From contig DAHVLZ010000028.1 of NCBI GenBank assembly GCA_027320085.1, forward strand, positions 1 through 14,866: DNA of 14,866 nt. Direction: 5' to 3'. The notes beneath the pieces are model-generated. The model was not told the origin of the DNA. It was given only the letters and a program-made list of their open reading frames with translations, and did no database searches. The position numbers and the translations under genes are program-made. The stretch is from Pseudomonadota bacterium. Lineage in GTDB: Bacteria > Pseudomonadota > Gammaproteobacteria > JAKAQQ01. Positions 7,016 to 14,866 of the stretch are shown piece after piece. The first letter of the stretch is position 1, and each line of letters begins with the position of its first letter.

Positions 7016-7050
7016 GACCGACTCCAGGGAAATCCTTGACAGGGAGGCCC

Positions 7051-7056
7051 ATTATA
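7051..7056 (-). promoter_or_regulatory. Candidate sigma70 -10 box of ppa
   Basis: Perfect TATAAT on the minus strand 35 nt upstream of the ppa ATG. No convincing -35. Confidence 0.5.
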
Positions 7057-7136
7057 GCGGGTTGCCCGAAGAGGACACTCGAGAAGATCCCCGCCTGAAT
7101 GCCAGACCCATGCGCCGGAATGCCGGGTCACCCGAA

Positions 7137-7164
7137 GTGACATTCGTCACACCCAAGACCTGAC
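7137..7164 (+). promoter_or_regulatory. DesR/NarL-type response regulator box upstream of the exporter operon
   Basis: GTGACA-TT-CGTCAC inverted repeat (7137-7150) plus a further TGAC half-site at 7161, about two helical turns downstream. Resembles the ATGACA-N2-TGTCAT site plus secondary site of DesR. Confidence 0.65.
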
Positions 7165-7227
7165 GGATGAGACTGGTCAAACCGTGGCGGCCCCCTCATC
7201 CTGTGCCCGTCAAAACGGGAAAAGCTC

Positions 7228-8148
7228 ATGAACCCCCTCACCGACACTCAAGTCACGATCGCCGCACTCAGGAACGTCGTCAAGCGGTACGGCGCGATTG
7301 TTGCCGTGGATCACGTGGAACTCGATATCCGTCGCGGCGAAGTGCTGGCACTGCTCGGCCCCAATGGCGCAGGCAAGTCGACCAGCATCAACCTGCTGCT
7401 GGGCCTTGCCTGGCCCACCAGCGGCGGGGTCGAACTTTTCGGACGGTCGCCGCGCGAGGTGAACACGCGCCGGCGCATCGGTGCCATGCTGCAGGGCGCA
7501 CAACTCCGCGGTCATGCGCGCGTCCAGGAGGTCGTCGCCCTGCAATCGGGTTATTACCCAAACCCCCTGTCGCTGGCGGACACCCTGCACACCGCCGGGC
7601 TCGAAGGGCTGGAACACCTTCCGGTGGCAAGACTCTCCGGTGGGCAGAAACAGCGGCTGCTGTTCGCACTCGCGATCTGCGGCAATTCCGAACTGCTGTT
7701 CCTGGACGAACCCACCGTGGGGCTCGACGTGGAAGCGCGCCGGGGTCTCTGGACTTCCATCCGGAAACTCAGGGAACAGGGTCGCAGCGTCGTGCTGACC
7801 ACGCATTACATCGAAGAAGCGGACGCGCTCGCCGACCGCATCGTGGTCATCAATCATGGCCGCATGATCGCCCAAGGGACACCTGCGGAAATCAAGCGTA
7901 CGGTCGCGCAGCGTCATATCCGCTGCATCACAAAACTGGACGCTGCAAAGATCAGGACGCTCGGGGGCGTAACCCGCATCACCGCGGATGGCGGGCGGCT
8001 GGACATCGTGGCAGAACGGCCCGAAAACGTGCTGTTTGAGATACTCAAGCTTGACCCGGAGCTGCACGATCTCGAAGTGACTGGTGCCAGACTCGAGGAT
8101 GCGTTTTTGGCGCTCACCCAGGACAACCCCGGAGAACAAGCCGCATGA
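7228..8148 (+). CDS. ABC exporter ATPase (YvfR/DrrA-like)
   Basis: GPNGAGKST, LSGGQKQR, LFLDEPTVGLD, LTTHY and C-terminal LEDAFLALT. Confidence 0.93.
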   Translation: MNPLTDTQVTIAALRNVVKRYGAIVAVDHVELDIRRGEVLALLGPNGAGKSTSINLLLGLAWPTSGGVELFGRSPREVNTRRRIGAMLQGAQLRGHARVQEVVALQSGYYPNPLSLADTLHTAGLEGLEHLPVARLSGGQKQRLLFALAICGNSELLFLDEPTVGLDVEARRGLWTSIRKLREQGRSVVLTTHYIEEADALADRIVVINHGRMIAQGTPAEIKRTVAQRHIRCITKLDAAKIRTLGGVTRITADGGRLDIVAERPENVLFEILKLDPELHDLEVTGARLEDAFLALTQDNPGEQAA

Positions 8149-8981
8149 ACCCCGACTCCCCCAACCCATCCAACCGTCCCGCCACCCCGAATGACGGGGG
8201 AACAATAGGGCGGGTGTCCGAACCGCGCTGGACCGGGCGCGACACCCTTGGGGTGTACCTGCGCGAAGCGGGTTTCCAGTTCTGGGAACTGATGCGCATG
8301 CCGGCCTTCGCCTTGCCGACACTGCTGTTCCCCACCATGTTCTATGTATTCTTCGGGATAATCTTCAAGAGTGGCAACCCGTCCGTAACGACCGACATGC
8401 TCGCCACCTACGGTACCTTTGGCGTCATGGCACCAGGGTTATTCGGCTTTGGTGTGGGTATCGCCATGGAGCGTGAGCACGGTGTCCTTGCCATGAAGCG
8501 TGTGGCGCCCATGCCACCCATGGCCTATTTGTTCGCCAAGGCCGCTCTGGCCATGCTGTTCGCACTCATCATCTCGCTGTTGCTATTCATGCTGGGCGCA
8601 CTGTTCGGCGGCGTGGCGTTGCCGCGCAGCGAGTGGTGGCTGCTCGCGGTGACGCTGGTGATCGGCACACTGCCGTTCTGCGCACTGGGTCTCGCCGTGG
8701 GCCTGCGGGTGGGGGGACAAGCCTCGGCCGCAATCATCAACCTCATTTATCTGCCGATGTCGTTCCTCTCGGGCCTGTGGGTGCCATTGCAATTTCTGCC
8801 TCACTGGATGCAAAACCTGGCCCGGATATCTCCCGCCTATCACCTGGAACGGATCGTTCTCGGCATCGTCCACCCGGGAAACAGCGGGCATTTTCTCGCG
8901 CATGTGACTTACCTCCTGACATTCACCGCCGTCTGCCTGTGGTTTGCACAGCGGGGGTGGCGACGGATCCAGGACCATTAA
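8145..8981 (+). CDS. ABC-2 type exporter permease (YvfS-like)
   Basis: Six TM helices; GIAMERE, LSGLWVPLQFLPHW and SPAYH motifs. ATGA overlap with the ATPase. Confidence 0.9.
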   Translation: MNPDSPNPSNRPATPNDGGTIGRVSEPRWTGRDTLGVYLREAGFQFWELMRMPAFALPTLLFPTMFYVFFGIIFKSGNPSVTTDMLATYGTFGVMAPGLFGFGVGIAMEREHGVLAMKRVAPMPPMAYLFAKAALAMLFALIISLLLFMLGALFGGVALPRSEWWLLAVTLVIGTLPFCALGLAVGLRVGGQASAAIINLIYLPMSFLSGLWVPLQFLPHWMQNLARISPAYHLERIVLGIVHPGNSGHFLAHVTYLLTFTAVCLWFAQRGWRRIQDH

Positions 8982-9000
8982 ATACCGGAGGAGCGTTGCC

Positions 9001-10542
9001 ATGAATACGAAAGAACAAGGTCTGGCCAAAAGCAGCTTGATCATCGCAGGACTAATCGTTGTGGCGGTTGTCATCCTGCTCCTTTTGCCGACGCCCCAAT
9101 CCCGCACCATGAAGGTCGCGGCCACAGCAAACGGGGTTGCGGCCGAGCCGCGCTGCCAGAAGACGCCAAAGGACTTCAGCTCGCCCCCGGTGCTGGCCCG
9201 GATCGCGCCTGCCGGTCTGTGGAAGGGTTGGACCTACGGCCCTTCCATCGCACTCCGCGTCAAGCCGGCATCGGCACGGGTGGATCAGTCTTTCACGATT
9301 CACGTCACCGGCCTCGAACCCGGTGAACCGGTGACCTTGCTCGCCCGCATGCAGGACTTCAGGCATCTCACCTGGAGCGCGCAGGCCACGTTCATTGCCG
9401 ACAACAAGGGCGTCGTGGACACGACGCGCGAGGCGCCGCGTTACGGCAGTTATTCCGGGGTGCACCCCATGGGACTGGTCTGGTCCATGCTGCCGCAGCA
9501 CGTCAAGGACCCGCAGGAGACCCCGTACTGGCCGTCTGTGCAAAGCGCGAGCTACCCCCTCAAACTGGCGGCGATGGCGGATCACCGGATGCTGGCTCAA
9601 GTGACCCTGGTCCGCTACCTGCGAGCACCGGGTGTCGTCAAGACCGCAGTCACGAGTGATGGTCTGGCAGGTGAGTTGTACACACCCTCAACGCCGGGTC
9701 CGCATCCCGCCATTGTGGTGCTGGGTGGTTCGGAAGGCGGTTGGCTGGCGTCGTCACCGGAAGCGGAACTGCTCGCTTCCCACGGCTACGTGGCATTGGC
9801 ACTCGCTTACTTCCAGGGATTCCAGGCCTTCGATCCGCGACTTGCCCGCCTGCCGAAAATGCTGGTGGACATTCCGCTGGAGTACTTCATCAAGGGCGCG
9901 GACTGGCTCAAACAACAGCCCGGGGTGAATCCGAAGCAGGTGGCGATCATCGGCGGGTCCAAGGGCGCGGAAGCCGCGTTAATCACCGCATCGGAATTCC
10001 CAAAGGAATTCCAGGCGGTCGTCGCTTTCATGCCGAGTTCGGTCGTGTGGGCCGGCATCCGCTATGAACCCGGCCCGATTTCCTCATCCTGGACGCGGAA
10101 TGGCAAACCCCTCCCCTGGGTCAACCCCGTCATCAATCCGGCGATGTTTTCCCCGGGCAAACCACTCGCGTTTCTCGACGCCTACCGGGCTGGCTTGAAA
10201 GATGCAACCGCGGTCAACCAAGCGGCCATTCCGGTAGAACGAATCAAGGGGCCCATCCTGCTGGTGTCGGCCACCCACGATCAGATCTGGCCTTCATCAC
10301 TCATGTCCCGGCAAATCATGCAACGGCTTGCCGCACATCATCATGCGTACGCTGATGAATGGCTGTGCTACGCGGGCGCTGGCCATGGCATCCAGGCGCC
10401 CTACCGTCCCACCAACGCCAGCGTGGCCAGCCTGCCCGGCAACGTGGCGATTGCCCTCGGCGGCACCCCCACCGCCTACGCGTATGCAGATCGCGATGCC
10501 TGGATCAAGGTCCTGGCGTTTCTGCACAGAGCCCTGAACTGA
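9001..10542 (+). CDS. Acyl-CoA thioesterase/BAAT-family alpha/beta hydrolase with N-terminal membrane anchor or signal (513 aa)
   Basis: BAAT N-domain (ATFIADNKGVVD...GSYSGVHPMGLVWSM), LGGSEGG, nucleophile motif GGSKG, acid in HDQIWPS, His in YAGAGH. GGAGGAG RBS precedes ATG 9001. Hydrophobic stretch LIIAGLIVVAVVILLLL near the N-terminus. Confidence 0.9.
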   Translation: MNTKEQGLAKSSLIIAGLIVVAVVILLLLPTPQSRTMKVAATANGVAAEPRCQKTPKDFSSPPVLARIAPAGLWKGWTYGPSIALRVKPASARVDQSFTIHVTGLEPGEPVTLLARMQDFRHLTWSAQATFIADNKGVVDTTREAPRYGSYSGVHPMGLVWSMLPQHVKDPQETPYWPSVQSASYPLKLAAMADHRMLAQVTLVRYLRAPGVVKTAVTSDGLAGELYTPSTPGPHPAIVVLGGSEGGWLASSPEAELLASHGYVALALAYFQGFQAFDPRLARLPKMLVDIPLEYFIKGADWLKQQPGVNPKQVAIIGGSKGAEAALITASEFPKEFQAVVAFMPSSVVWAGIRYEPGPISSSWTRNGKPLPWVNPVINPAMFSPGKPLAFLDAYRAGLKDATAVNQAAIPVERIKGPILLVSATHDQIWPSSLMSRQIMQRLAAHHHAYADEWLCYAGAGHGIQAPYRPTNASVASLPGNVAIALGGTPTAYAYADRDAWIKVLAFLHRALN

Positions 10543-10831
10543 ATCATTCACGCAAGCAACACGATCAGGATTGGCAACCTTGAAGACCAGACGACGCCAT
10601 GCCCGCCATACGGCATGCGGGTCGTGGATCCGAAAAGGCCGACCCGCCATCACCGGCTTGATGGCCCGTGGCCCCGGACCTCACCGGGATTCAGTGGGGG
10701 GAATATCATATTGACTGGACGGGGTGCCTGCCCAACGCGGACGGGAAGCCGGTGCATTGCCCCGGCTTCAGTGCCACCCATCCGTTTAAATTCCGATTCA
10801 ACCAGAACCCGAAAGCGAGCCACAGGAATCC

Positions 10832-11986
10832 ATGAGCAACACCCTGAAAACGCTGTTCCATCCGGTGGCGGAGCCATTCTTGTGGCTCCACCACCGGATG
10901 TTGGCGCATGACGAGACTGTCGGATGGATCCCGTATCTCTGGTTGTTGTATTTGGGCTTCCTGTTTATCCCGCCGTTCGATGTCCGGAATACTTCAACTG
11001 CCGGATGGGTATCGGTCAGCCTCGCAGTGGTCATCTTCCTCATGCTGTATTTCCGTTTTTACAGGGCACGCACGCCGCGGGAACGACACTGGATCATTCT
11101 GGCCATCACGCTGCTGGGCCTGGTGTTCATCGTCTATGAGGGAAATGGCCAGGTATTCATCATCTATGCAGCCGCGTTCTGTGGTTTTTCCAGCACCCTG
11201 CGCAAGGGCTTGTTGATGCTGGCGGCGATCCTTGCGGCACTACTGGTGGAAGCCGTGATATTCAGGCTAACGCCCTGGCTGTGGGCTTTTGGCTTGCTGG
11301 GAGGCGTTGTGGTTGGCATCGCCAACGCCTATTTCGGCGAAAAGCAGCGCAAGAATCTGGTCCTCAAGAAGTCCCAGGAGGAAATCCGGAAACTCGCGGC
11401 CAGCGCTGAACGCGAGCGCATCGCCCGTGATCTGCACGACCTGCTCGGTCACACCCTCACGCTCATCATCGTGAAGGCGGAACTCGCCGCCACGCTCGCG
11501 GAGCGCGACCTCGCAGGTGCGGCACGCGAAATCCGCGATGTCGAGCGCATCTCCCGCGAGGCACTCGCGCAAGTGCGGGAGGCTGTGGGCGGCTACCGTG
11601 GCGGCGGCCTGATCGGTGAACTCGCCAATGCGCGCGTGGCGCTGGCTGCGGCCAATGTCGGGCTGGCGGAGAAAGTGGAGCTGCCGGAACTCACGCCCTC
11701 CCAGGATTCGGCGCTGGCCATGGTGCTACGAGAAGCTGTCACCAACATCATCCGTCACTCCGGCGCGCAACACTGCCGCATCGAGCTTGAAAACCAGAAT
11801 CGGCAGCTGCGCCTCCTGATTGAGGATGACGGTCATGGTGGCGCACTGCGCGAAGGCAACGGACTCCGTGGGATGCGGGAACGCCTGCAGTCAGCAGCCG
11901 GAAAGCTGGAGATTGACTCCAGCCACGGCGGCACGCGTCTGGCCGTCGTACTGCCGGTCAGCATGCCCAGGTGGGCCCGAACGTGA
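10832..11986 (+). CDS. DesK/YvfT-like membrane sensor histidine kinase (HisKA_3)
   Basis: About five TM helices with no large periplasmic domain; ERERIARDLHDLLGHTL, LREAVTNIIRHS, EDDGHG and GNGLRGMRER motifs. Confidence 0.93.
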   Translation: MSNTLKTLFHPVAEPFLWLHHRMLAHDETVGWIPYLWLLYLGFLFIPPFDVRNTSTAGWVSVSLAVVIFLMLYFRFYRARTPRERHWIILAITLLGLVFIVYEGNGQVFIIYAAAFCGFSSTLRKGLLMLAAILAALLVEAVIFRLTPWLWAFGLLGGVVVGIANAYFGEKQRKNLVLKKSQEEIRKLAASAERERIARDLHDLLGHTLTLIIVKAELAATLAERDLAGAAREIRDVERISREALAQVREAVGGYRGGGLIGELANARVALAAANVGLAEKVELPELTPSQDSALAMVLREAVTNIIRHSGAQHCRIELENQNRQLRLLIEDDGHGGALREGNGLRGMRERLQSAAGKLEIDSSHGGTRLAVVLPVSMPRWART

Positions 11987-12585
11987 TCAAGGTCCTGATC
12001 GCCGAAGATCAGGGCATGATCCTGGGCGCGCTGGCCTCCATGCTGGATCTGGAAGGGGACATTTCCGTCGTGGCACGGGCCGCGAACGGCAGGGAAGGAC
12101 TCGAACTCGCCGCCGCATGCAACCCCGACGTGATCGTCACCGACATCGAAATGCCGGGCATGACCGGACTCGAACTCGCCGCCGCACTCAAGGAAGAACA
12201 TCATCCGGCGAAAATCATCATTGTGACCACATTTGCAAGACCCGGCTATCTGCGACGCGCGCTTGACGCGGGCGTGAAAGGCTATCTTTTGAAAGACGCT
12301 CCCGCGGAGCAGCTGGCGGACGCCATCCGCAAAGTGCACGCCGGCGGGAAAGTGATTTCGCCGGAACTGGCCATGGAAGCCTGGGAGAACGAGGATCCGC
12401 TCAATGACCGCGAGCGTCAGGTCTTGCGACTCGCCGGCGAGGGCCTGGCCAGCGCGGATATCGCCAAACAGCTGTTTCTCTCCGAAGGAACGGTACGCAA
12501 TTATCTTTCCGAGGCCATCGGGAAACTCGGCGCGGGCAACCGCATCGAAGCCGCGCGCATCGCCCGCCAGAAGGGTTGGCTGTAG
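11983..12585 (+). CDS. DesR/YvfU-like NarL-family response regulator
   Basis: IAEDQ, DIEMP, TTFARPGY, YLLKD and the LuxR HTH LSEGTVRNYLSEAIGKL. The GTG start at 11983 overlaps the kinase stop (GTGA). Confidence 0.93.
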   Translation: MIKVLIAEDQGMILGALASMLDLEGDISVVARAANGREGLELAAACNPDVIVTDIEMPGMTGLELAAALKEEHHPAKIIIVTTFARPGYLRRALDAGVKGYLLKDAPAEQLADAIRKVHAGGKVISPELAMEAWENEDPLNDRERQVLRLAGEGLASADIAKQLFLSEGTVRNYLSEAIGKLGAGNRIEAARIARQKGWL

Positions 12586-13411
12586 GCACAGGGCAGGCTG
12601 CTTGTGCTGGTGACCCAGGCTTGTTCACGCGAACTGAACTTGGCCCGTCGCGGTGGACACGGCGCGTTTGCCCAGCGGATGCCCGGCCGTCGGGCATGAC
12701 CGGTCCCCTTTCCCGTTTTTTTGAGGCGGGAGCCCAAAGCAACCGCCCCCGGAAGCTGTGCCGGAAACGGAGGAGAACGGGTTTACTTCGGCTGAGTGAT
12801 TGCGACGCATCGTCGAGGACCGTATTCCGGGTGTGGCACCGAGCGATCAACGGAGTGACTTCCTCTCGAGGACATCGGTCAGTGGGAGTTCGAGAGGCCA
12901 GAACGCGAACTCGAAAAGCGCCCCCGCACAAGGCCCCATATGTGCCAGTCAGTTGCCCCCCCTCCCGTCCCCCTGTCGGGGGAAGCGCCCTCATAGCCGG
13001 GCAGGCCTAGCCCGGAACTCCACCGCTTCGCGGAGGCCTCCGGAACTCTTCCGAATGCCACACCAATAGAACCCCCATGCAACCCCCCCTCAAGCGCCGG
13101 GAGGCTGGCAGACCTGCCCAAGCGGCCCGACGGCGGGCGGGTGCAATCGGGTTTCCGGTCGCTATTCGCTCCCACCTGACAGGATTCCGGAGAGGGAGCC
13201 TGGCCGTCTCTTGTTGCCTGGTGCGGCGGGGGCCCCTTGCCCCACCGCCACGCCGAGGGAAGGGGGCGAATCCTCACGGCCGACCAACCTTGCCGCTAAT
13301 TCGTATCACGATACGGATTGACGGACTCATGCCGGGATGGTGCCAGTGGTATGATCGGTAGCGATGGTGCCAAATATGTAACCTTCGCCGGAATATAGGT
13401 CAGAATAAAAT

Positions 13412-13858
13412 TTAGTCCCACGGACTGGGCTGGGGCTCCCCCGTGGCGATACGCCTCCGCAGATTGCCGGTTATCAGCATCTCCCACGCGTTAGAGCAGT
13501 CGTTAAAACACTCGAGCTCTGGAACCAAGCCAACGTGCGAGAACCGGACCTCGGTCTTGACCCCTTTTTTCTGGATTTCAAAGACAATATCAGTCCCTTT
13601 CCACTCCTCTACGTCCTTCACAAATGCAAGTTCTGCGTCTGTTACATGCCAGACGACTTTTTGCCCGGGGATGAACTCGATGATCTGCTGCCGGGAAAAG
13701 TGAATACCAGGAACACGGTACGTAAAGACCGATCCAAGACCTTCCGTTTCTCCATCGACCTCTCCAGACCACCAATCACGGACATGGTTGATAGCCAAAA
13801 ACACATCCTCCGGGGACTGGTCGACCTCAAATGCCGTTGTAAAGGTTCGCTTTTTCAT
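13412..13858 (-). CDS. SRPBCC/AHSA1 (START-like) domain protein (148 aa)
   Basis: SPEDVFLAI...WWSG...KVVWHV...EWKGTDIVFEI...TEVRFSHVGLVPELECFNDCSNAW. AGGGAGA RBS supports ATG 13858. Visibly more AT-rich than its neighbours. Confidence 0.88.
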   Translation of the reverse strand: MKKRTFTTAFEVDQSPEDVFLAINHVRDWWSGEVDGETEGLGSVFTYRVPGIHFSRQQIIEFIPGQKVVWHVTDAELAFVKDVEEWKGTDIVFEIQKKGVKTEVRFSHVGLVPELECFNDCSNAWEMLITGNLRRRIATGEPQPSPWD

Positions 13859-13936
13859 GGTGTTCTCCCTGATCGCTTCATTCACCTGTAATGGGGCTCG
13901 AGCATTGAGCCACTACGGGTACGGGTCGAGACAGAC

Positions 13937-13984
13937 AAGTTACATGCTTTATAGCAGGTATAGTATCATGAAACTTAGCATGAA
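13937..13984 (+). promoter_or_regulatory. Promoter/operator of the DUF3018-MazF operon
   Basis: Inverted repeat AAGTTACATG (13937-13946) / CATGAAACTT (13967-13976), 9/10 match, overlapping candidate -35 TTACAT and -10 TATCAT (18-bp spacer). Extra CATGAA at 13979. Confidence 0.6.
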
Positions 13985-14000
13985 GACGTCCGGAGGCTCT

Positions 14001-14222
14001 ATGTCATCGATTCATGACAAGCACAACGAGACCACCCGCCAACGGGAGCGGTTGCGGGCCGCCGGGTTGCGGCCGGTCCAGTTCTGGGTACCTGACACCC
14101 GTTCCCCGGAATTCGCGGCGCTCGTGCGTGGTCAGTGCCAAAACCTGAAGGGATCCCCCGAGGACGCTCAGGTGTTGCGCTTCTCCGAAGAGGCCGCAAC
14201 CCAGATTGAGGGCTGGGAATGA
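14001..14222 (+). CDS. DUF3018 / MazE-like antitoxin (73 aa)
   Basis: RERLRAAGLRPVQFWVPDTRSPEF signature. GGAGG RBS at 13992-13996 supports ATG 14001. Confidence 0.88.
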   Translation: MSSIHDKHNETTRQRERLRAAGLRPVQFWVPDTRSPEFAALVRGQCQNLKGSPEDAQVLRFSEEAATQIEGWE

Positions 14223-14542
14223 CCCAACGCGGCGACCTGGTGAAGGTTTCCTTGCAAGGGGACTTTGGTAAGCCTCGACCCGCCCTGGTGGTTCAATCGG
14301 GCTTGCTGGAGGAGTTGGACAGCGTGGTACTGTGCCCGGTAACCAGCCTCCTGCGTAATGCGGCGTTTCGCGTCACCGTCGAGCCCAATCCGTCCAATGG
14401 GCTACAGACCCTCTCGCAGGTCATGGTGGACAAGCTCTCCACGCTGCCGCGCGCCAAGGTCAGTGACCCGTTTGGCCATCTGGATAACGAGAGGATGAAG
14501 GCGGTGAACAGAGCGTTACTGCTGGTCATTGGCGTGATCTGA
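14219..14542 (+). CDS. mazF: MazF/PemK-family endoribonuclease toxin
   Basis: RGDLV...GDFGKPRPALVVQS...CPVTS...NGLQTLSQVMVDKL. ATGA overlap with the antitoxin. Confidence 0.92.
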   Translation: MTQRGDLVKVSLQGDFGKPRPALVVQSGLLEELDSVVLCPVTSLLRNAAFRVTVEPNPSNGLQTLSQVMVDKLSTLPRAKVSDPFGHLDNERMKAVNRALLLVIGVI

Positions 14543-14866
14543 TCATGAATACCCAGGCAGGCCACTCCGGAAACACCTTGGGTGGCAAGTCTTACCCTGC
14601 AGTCAACCCTCACGCAGTCCCCGGCACCGCTGTTTGCGTGATATCGACGCCATCCGACGTGGGATGAGCCGTGTGGACCGGGATGCGCACCCCGGTCGGC
14701 TCGGGAAGGGAAAGGGCGTGTCCTGAACACACCGGGCCGAGGTCCGCAAGATATACGGGGCATCAGTTCTGGAGCGGCTTTTGGCGATAGGGGAGGGTAG
14801 CCCTCGTCCCCACGTTTGAATGCAGAATCGAGGCGTCCGAAGAACGCACCCGGACACGCACCCTGA

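Noticed and set aside
7036-7041. Perfect TTGACA on the plus strand as promoter for the exporter operon
   Set aside because: No -10 at 16-18 bp. The nearby AT-rich hexamer reads as TATAAT on the opposite strand for ppa.
7210-8322. 370-aa minus-strand ORF
   Set aside because: Typical antisense shadow of an ABC ATPase gene.
10723-10812. Calling a cobalamin riboswitch as a feature
   Set aside because: Only the GGGAA-GCCGG-TG..CCGGC part matches. The conserved downstream elements are missing and the downstream gene is not B12-related. Kept only as a remark in a low-interest finding.
12401-13361. ORFs of 89-197 aa in the region after the response regulator
   Set aside because: Arg/Pro/Gly-rich low-information translations without convincing RBS or family motifs.
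1-14866. CRISPR array, tRNA or rRNA genes
   Set aside because: No regularly spaced 23-47-bp repeats, and no cloverleaf or rRNA signatures seen on either strand.

Overview
GC-rich, probably proteobacterial chromosomal window in which housekeeping genes (hemJ, a BtuC/FecCD-type ABC importer pair, ppa) alternate with small accessory islets. The left edge holds the 5' ~1.2 kb of a large Eco57I/type IIG-like (DISARM DrmMI-like) restriction-modification protein. It is absent from the ORF track because it runs off the window, and it is translationally coupled behind a Phd/YefM-VapC toxin-antitoxin (TA) pair with a triple TGTACA operator. Directly upstream are what look like the last 11 codons of a deleted SNF2-type helicase and a 192-bp internally deleted IS1202/ISNCY-like element, so this defence locus appears to have lost its first gene(s). 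Three more TA modules follow: HTH_17 + PIN, a broken DUF433 + DUF5615, and DUF3018 + MazF/PemK. There is also a 49-bp IS200/IS605-end mini-element. The centre-right carries a YvfRS-type ABC exporter and DesK/DesR-like two-component cluster with a DesR-type box, and a membrane-anchored BAAT/acyl-CoA-thioesterase-family hydrolase lies between the exporter and the two-component genes. The two best candidates for undescribed biology are this exporter-hydrolase-sensor module and the TA-led RM remnant. All family calls come from motifs recognised by eye; no database searches were run.
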